Assembly: GCF_037042905.1 (NCBI RefSeq)
Contig: NC_087251.1
Span: 23,562,001-23,626,000, forward strand
Length of the DNA stretch: 64,000 nt
Direction: 5' to 3'
Source of the DNA: Lytechinus pictus
Lineage: Eukaryota
Shown here: positions 1-64,000 of the stretch, one piece after another
How positions within the stretch are numbered: the stretch's first letter is position 1
How the letters are laid out: each line of letters begins with the position of its first letter
Program-made: the position numbers and the translations under genes
Notes under the pieces: generated by a model
Databases searched by the model: none
Told to the model about the DNA's origin: nothing
Seen by the model: the letters and a program-made list of their open reading frames with translations, nothing else

Positions 1-2955
1 AACATTTTCATATCTGGGTTGTGTTTTATAAAACTGGTTTTATGCACGACTGGTGACCTATTCTTGCGTGCCAAATCAGATTCATTTCATTATAAAATTC
101 AGGACAGGACAGGAGACCAAAGCACAAGAAAGGGTCACCAGTTGCATATAAAGTTGTACATAACTTACAGACAGATTTATGAAACAGTCTCTTGGACATT
201 TATAATATGCCTATATCCACATCCATATCATTCTCTTTTGCTGTGTACCACAAAATGTATCATACTTCAACAAAAGTAAAATTGAATCAGAATTGAAAAT
301 AAAAATTGAGACAAGAATTAGTAGAATTAAAAAATTAGTAGAATTATTTTTAAAATGTATACTTTACATGATTGAAGAATGGCAATATAAGTTTGAAGAA
401 GCATTAAAAAAGCACTTAACGACAAAACAGTAATTCTATTCAACTATTCAGTTGCACAGCTCATTCTTAGAACTGATATTCCCATTTATTTTTTTAACAT
501 TCAAAAGAACTACACATAATTTGTTCAATATGAAATACTTATGTGCCTTTATCAATTTGGTATGGTCTATGAAAGACATAAACAGACGAAAAATGGAAAG
601 AACCAACATTCAAACCAGAATACATTCAAGTATATTGTGAAATGAGAAACAAGCAGTACTTTTTTAAAACAAAAATCTGATTGTCAATTCACATGATATG
701 AAAAATGCCTGTAAAGAATTTTAAATACTGGGCAATTTGAGGATAATCTATGCAATTTCAAAATCTTCTCAAGTTACAAGGATATCTCAAATCGTACGTC
801 TCCGATAATGGATTAACTAAAATTAGAAATAGAACTAGGGGAGTCATTCAGACCAGATTTACATGTGGTCCTAATGGACTAACTTCTGTGTGAGGGCAAG
901 TTATCTTCATAACGGACAATTGTAATTCTAATTAACAGAATAATCCTTACTAAATACAAAGCTACGTTTACATATGCTCATAACAATTGAACTTTCCCAA
1001 GTTTTTAAGAACAGGTCACAAATTAGTATATTTACATACCTAGCTCTATACCAACAATAAGTTAAATGGCGAAAATGAATTTGAGATTTTTATATACAGT
1101 ATGAAAGATTGAATTGAACCAATTTAGGAGTATTTCTGAAAGAAATATAGCTTGAAGTTAGAGCTTTTACCTTTCACTATGAGTAGAAAAAAAAGTGCAT
1201 AGTGATTGAAAATGCTTTCACAGCATCATATTTTGAAAGCAGGTAAAATATAAGTCACTCTTTCAAATAGGGATATTGTCTACATACTGATTTTGAAGCC
1301 AAAATTACTATTGACTCTTTACAGAAAATCCTGACTAATTGTGGGTTTTTGAGCAAGACAATCACTGTTTATATATCTTGTGTCATGTTTCTAGAAATCT
1401 ACACTTTATAATACAAACCATCATTGAATTTGTAAGGCACAAAATATATTTTCTGTTTAAATTCTTCTCCATATATTTCAATCTTACTTTTTAACCTGAA
1501 AATACCATAATCCCTATTATGACTGTTGTACAGATAACATAAAGAACATGTGTTGACACCATAACAAATGCTTCAAATGTTATGAACCAGAATCTTGGCA
1601 GATTTACTGAATGATAGAACTCTGAATGAAGGCATATAGACATCCATATCTACAATCTTGTACAAAGTCTGCAATACATCAAATGCTATGAAAAAGAGAG
1701 ATAATGTATCATGGAATGAATCTTGTATATATCTCCATCAATCGACATTGTTTGATTTCAAGAAAAGAATGGTTGAAAAAATCTGATTCATCCTCATGAA
1801 CAAGAAATAGATAGTATACATTCAAGTGTTTGTTGGAAGACATTGTAAAATCATTTTCTAATATGATTTTACAAGGGGGCATAGTCCTACTAAATAAAAC
1901 CTTGAAGGGTAAAGTAATTATCTACCATAGAAACTTTGATTTTAATTGGTTAATGAGCTCTGTTACCATAGTTGTAACCTTGGATGGCAAAGTTACCATA
2001 AATCTAAGAAACTTTTCCTTGGGGTGAAAGGAAGAGGGTGGGTGCATAAGAAATCTTCTCTTTTTTTTACAAAAAATAAACAATCAAGATAATTAACAAG
2101 AGACTATTAATGCTCCTATAAAAAAATATTTGAATGTCTGACTATTACTCTTTCTCACAGTAACAATCAATGCGTGCTTGGATTAATCAAACCTCTTTAA
2201 AATGATATCCTCTGTGTTTGATTATACCGTCAGAAAATGAGCAGTTTCAAAATATAGATTAAGCTACAAATCGAAAAGTTACAAAGGTCAAGAAAGAACA
2301 TATTTCTTTTGAGTAGAGTTAAATCTTGTCAGCTGCTCAGTAACTCAGTGACTGAACTTGAATAATTTTGAAACAATGCAACTTTTTGTCATTATGGCCT
2401 GACCCATATCCTAAATTAATGCAATATTCTGTAAGTCATATTCACATGAACAATTGGGGAATCATTTCAACCAACAAAACATGTTTACAAAGCATGCATT
2501 GATTATTACTCATAAAATGTAAAATTATGAAATAATAACCATTCAAACTCAGATTGAGGGGGGTGATTAAGAACATACCTATCATATCATGCTATTAAAA
2601 ATCATGAGGTAACATAGTACAAATTGTTTTCGATTTGATTTATCTACCTCCATCCATAACTTACTGAAGTTGAGAATGATTTTTGACAATGCTTTTGGCA
2701 CAAAATACAACAACAATTGTCTATAAACACAATTGTGACAGAACTGTACACCATATACAATAGGAAAAACAAAATGTAAACCAACATTAAAGATTCCGCA
2801 CTTTTAGAACAACATGATAATTTGAAGGACACTGAACTGTTGATGGCTTCTCCGATACAGGAAAATATCCTTTTTTAAATGCATCATTGAAGATATTCTT
2901 TGAATTGTCTGAAACCCTGCATTGAAGAGTGGATCTCAAGGCTAATGATCTAATC

Positions 2956-59310
<56,355 letters not shown>

Positions 59311-60118
59311 GCCCCTATTGATATTAGGTTTGTTTAATTTTATCATTTACCTGTAACTTCATGGAAGTAGATTCCTCTTTTCCTCTTTTTTTTTTTTTTT
59401 TTTTTTTGGGGGGGGGGTGGGCACTATAGAAGCGCACATGCAATGGCTATACGTCCTGAGGGATCTAAAAAGGGAGGGTCCAGCTCTCCAATTCCTTTGG
59501 AAATTTCTGCTTATTTAAATGTTTTTAGATGCAAAATGGTTAACTTTCTGATCCCCATACATCCACCGGATACACTGTATAACTTTTTTTATAATGAAAT
59601 TTCAACGACCTTGGAATGGGCCCTTTCAGTGCCTTAATTACTCACTATTCATTCCTTAATTCCTTCTTTCATTCATTAATTTATGTTTGTATGTATTTAT
59701 TCATTTGTTTGTTTGTGTGTTTATTTATCTATTCAATTATTTGTTTATTTATTTATTTATTTGTTCACTTATTTGTTTATTTATTTAGTCATTTGTTTAT
59801 ATATTTATTCATCAATTTTATGCCAGATTAAGGAGTCAAATTCCAATTTGATGACATATGCAATAACAACTGTACAAAACACAAATGTGTAGTAATTAGC
59901 CATAGAGATATATATAATAACAAGCCTGCGCCAATGAATTTTTTTTAATGAACTTGATAAGGCGCAATATAAATGATGTATAAGCATGTGGATATTCATC
60001 ATCTTAATCAGAGTATGGCATTCAAAATAAAAATTGTCACTAAAACATATATAAGGACGGAACTACAACTGTCCCATCTTACACAAAATTGTGCTTGATC
60101 CATCATTCTTAACTAATG

Positions 60119-60348
60119 CACTGCAAAAACTCCGGTGTTGATTTAACACCAGCCCGGAATCTATATCTGTCCACACCAGAGAAGTATTGAAATAACACCA
60201 GTTTGGAATCAATCCGATGCTGTTTTAATACTAATTGGTGTTATCTGGTGTTAGACCAACACCAAACTGGCGTTGTTTAACACTTCTCTGGTGTGGACAG
60301 ATATAGATTCCGGGCTGGTGTTAAATCAACACCGGAGTTTTTGCAGTG
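60119..60348. mobile_element. Palindromic CACTG-ended MITE (CACTA/EnSpm-like)
   Basis: About 67-bp perfect TIR starting CACTGCAAAAACTCCGGTG; 2-bp TSD TG. Confidence 0.85.
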
Positions 60349-60526
60349 TGGAAACCCAGCAAGGTCAACATTAGATCTAAGATCAAATTGTCTAGCATGT
60401 GGGGGCACAAATCTAGGCTATACTCTGTTATTCATTGTGTTGTGTTACAGTGAACCTATTTGATGTAATTTTCTGGCATCACCAAAATGAACAAATAAAT
60501 AAATTAATAACAATAACAATAAATAC

Positions 60527-60628
60527 AATGATGATGATGATGATGATGATAATGATGATGATGATGATGATGATGATGATGGTGGTGGTGATGATGATGA
60601 TGGTGGTGATGATGATGTAATGATGATA
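60527..60628. repeat. (GAT)n microsatellite
   Basis: GAT/GGT array. Confidence 0.9.
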
Positions 60629-62053
60629 AGAAAAAGAAGCATCCTTTTTTATCCCTTCATTATATTTGATTTGGAAAAGAAGGAAATAAGGACTGTCTTA
60701 TCTATAGGCTTATCTAGCTATCTGAAGATACCTTGATAGAATTATATGTCATGTTTTAGTATGCATACACCTTCGGATGAAACAAACATTTCTGTTTATT
60801 TTTAGAATTATTTTTAGATTTAGATTTATAGATTTATTTTCTCTATCATAAATTGACTTCTTCCTGGATGAATCAAAACTTACATCAGTTTCATCACTTC
60901 TATTATCGATGTGAATAAAATGATTTTGAAGGGGATTTTGAGGTATCAATTTCCCTTTGCTAAGTTAAAATATAATTTTCAATATTAAAGACTTGAACTA
61001 GGTCACGATGTCCAATCTGACCTCAGCGAACTTTTCAACGACCAATCAGCGATAGAGTTACTCTTGCGATCATCCGCTCGATCAAGCGACGAAGACCAAG
61101 TGATATTGGACTTTTTCGGGGCTAGAAATCGAAGATTTATCAAGCGTAGTGATCCCGAAGTTACCGATTTCGTGTAAGTGTAATTTAGTATGATGATATT
61201 TGTGTGTACGAATTTTTAGAAAATATTATAAGCATGATGCTTTCTCTTAATCTGACTGAGTGAAATAGCATTTGAAGTGAATGTATACGAGTGGGTCGTG
61301 CAGTTTGATCATGTTGATTGAACTCTGCATGCCTAGCCTGTGCCTGTAGTACCGTACTGTCTGTGCCGTACGTGTGCATAGGCAAGGGCATGTCGGTGCA
61401 CGGTGTCGCTGAGAAGAAGCAGTGGGCCAGTGTCTGAAAGAGTGTCTTTGCCTGTCTTGAGTCACTTGTGAAGTTCGTCTGTCGGGAATGCGTGCTTGTA
61501 TTGCATTGCTGTTGACCATGTTGAATTGATATGAATGGCTCCTCAAACTTCAAAGTCAAACTTTCTGTGTTGATGATATGCTGTGATTGTGAAACGTCAA
61601 ACGTGTATGATATGATCATGATGCCAGGGGCCTGTTGCAAAAAAATTGAAAGGGTCTTTCGTAGAACCGTTCTACGTAAGAACGAGATATTGCTCAACTG
61701 TTTCACAAAGCCGATTTAGGCGAATGGTCCTTGGAAAGACACCTCCAGACATGTCCTACGTAGGCATGATCTTCTTTGCACACCACCCGCCACCGCGTGC
61801 ACCGTCGGCATTGAGAAAAAATGCATTTACAGCAAGCCACACTGACATATCAACTTTAAACGTTTTTTTTTTGGGGGGGGGGGGTCATTCGATTGCACTC
61901 TGATGCATTTTATCTGTTTTTAATATCTGGGATGGCGCCAAGTTATTTTTATATGGGGGCTAGTTGTCATCAATTTCAGGTCGTCTTGGCAAGACGACCA
62001 AAAACGGATGTCATTTTAACTTCTCCGGGGTAATAGGCCCAAATAATTTTTAG

Positions 62054-62524
62054 TATGGTCAGTTCCCCCAAGTCTGCGCGGTCTCCCAAGTCTGCGCACC
62101 CGCGTATCTGCGCGATTCTAGTAAAAGAAGATACGCAACGAGCACGAACTGAACACATGCAATACATAGACAGGTATTCATAAAAAAATCCGACTCAAAA
62201 TGGTGGAAAAATAATGAATTCAGGGCATTTCATGTGACGGCCTCAAAATGCAGCCTTTGTCATCAAAATCCCTGAATCGTGTGCAAAGTGAATGAGTGCG
62301 CAGACATGGGGTACCATTTTTTTTTTCAATCTGAAAATGACTGCCCAAAGGTTTTTTAAAGAAAATCTTATATTTTCTTTCTTTTTTTAATGAGAAATTT
62401 GGTACACTTACTCTTGATAATATAAGGAACACTATTAACCAATAGATTTTGTGAAATTAGAAGGAATTCTTGTTAAATCTTAACTCAAATTGTTAGGTGC
62501 GCAGACTTGGGGCCCACCATCATA
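62054..62524. mobile_element. MITE
   Basis: CCCCAAGTCTGCGC ... GCGCAGACTTGGGG inverted subtermini. Confidence 0.6.
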
Positions 62525-63599
62525 TGTTTTCTTTTATTCTCCCGCCGTCTTTTCCCCAACCATTTTCCAGTATTTTTTTCAATTACCGGTAAGCTTGAAA
62601 TATCAAAATGGGCGGCAATCTCTCTGACCCCTCATGCTTTCTCATTTAGATAAACAACATGAAAAAAAAATTTTTAAAGAAATTATTTATGGTAAAAAAC
62701 GTGTTTATAACGTTCAGCAAAAAAAAAATTGTTTAAAACTAAGATGTTACTAAACATGCTAAATCATTTACATGTATTTATTTTTATTTCATTTTCATTA
62801 TAATTGTTTTTTTTTTGCTGAGATTAACTTTAATCAATGAAAATTAATTGTTGGATTTGTGCTACATGTAACTTGAGATATGATCTAGAAAAAAATCTGC
62901 AGTTACAAAATAGCTAATTGAATTAGGCCTATAGCTTACGAATCCATCACAGTCATTACAAATGAAGAAGGTCTATAAAAGAAAAGATTATGGAAAGTCA
63001 GTTATCGCCCCCTTTGTCATGTTAAAGCAATAATGTAGTCTCGACTTCTTAACTTCAAAATGTTGAACATATATATATTTTTTTATATTCTTAAAGCTTA
63101 TATTCCGATATAAACTTCCATAAAGTTATCAACTTTAAATATGACAAACGTTTATGATCGTTGTCATTTTTAGCACTGTTCCTGTAAACAGTATTTTTTC
63201 CATTGCGGATTGATTTCACACATTTTTCTATGTTTTAATTATTATTGCAAAGCACTACTTTACCCACTTGGACATGTTTGCATCAATTTTCATATTTTGC
63301 TTGTCTTCGGTTACTCATCATGCAAAGGTATGTTTACTCTAAACACTCACATTTGTATTTCTTGCGTTATAATTTTATCTGACAGATAAAATAAATAAAT
63401 TAGATTTTTCACACGCTGCATCTCATATTTTCCTTTTTAGTCTCATAAAATCAGACACCTTGATTTTGTTTACTCCATTCAAACCCTATTTTTACCTCAA
63501 CAAATAACATTTAACGCATATTTTGCAAAATCATCATTATAAATAAGAATTCTATAAAAATTCAGAATGTTGAACTAATACAATGTCGAAATTACTTAA

Positions 63600-64000
63600 A
63601 GGACAAGTCCACCCCAACAAAAATATGATTTGAATAGAAAGAGAAAAATCAAACAAGAATAACACTGAAAATTTCATCAAAATCGGATCTGATATAAGAA
63701 AGTTATGACATTTTTAAGTTTTGCTAAATTTCAACAGACAGTTATATGCACATCATGGTCAGTATGCAAATGAGGGGACCGATGACATCACCCACTCACT
63801 ATTTCTTTTGTATTTTATTATATGAAATATGAAATATTTGAATTTTCTCCTTAATGTCATGTGAGCAAAGTTTCATACCTCCCTTAACATGAGGGATTTG
63901 ATTGTTTTAACATTTTGTGGTTCAAACAAGATGGTCATAATTGTCATATCCGTAAAAAATGAATTATTGTATAATTCAAACAATAAAAAACAAAAGAAAT
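63600..64000. mobile_element. TTAA-type MITE, cut by window end
   Basis: TTAA|AGGACAAGTCCACCCCAAC; homologous to 54626-55175. Confidence 0.65.

Noticed and set aside
1..2955. Short ORFs in the AT-rich region downstream of the EML5/6 stop
   Set aside because: No recognisable homology; probably 3' UTR or intergenic, and the poly(A) site cannot be fixed from sequence alone.
61185..61706. 173-aa minus-strand ORF upstream of EML5/6
   Set aside because: No recognisable motif, non-ATG start, overlaps repeat-like sequence.

Overview
AT-rich animal genomic DNA, probably a sea urchin (inferred from the SINE/MITE repertoire, not proven). The window holds one complete minus-strand gene: an EML5/EML6-type echinoderm microtubule-associated protein-like gene. 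I traced 35 coding exons from ATG 59028 to TGA 2956, all GT-AG and phase-compatible, 5889 nt, about 1962 aa, with three HELP+WD40 (TAPE) modules. Coding exon 1 is present twice, in an apparently identical 1215-bp tandem duplication. The roughly 22-kb first intron is full of nested elements, including a three-level nest: Sleeping-Beauty-like Tc1 MITE > foldback-like element with about 0.9-kb inverted arms > 5'-truncated CsRn1-clade Ty3/gypsy retrotransposon with a nearly intact pol and one LTR. Intron 31 holds an imperfect triplication whose copies act as empty sites for two insertions. One is a LINE 3' end. The other is a roughly 400-bp TG...CA element in a (TA)n tract carrying an internal full-cloverleaf tRNA-like gene with a Pol III terminator. 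Coordinates were read by eye; family names rest on motif recognition, not database searches.
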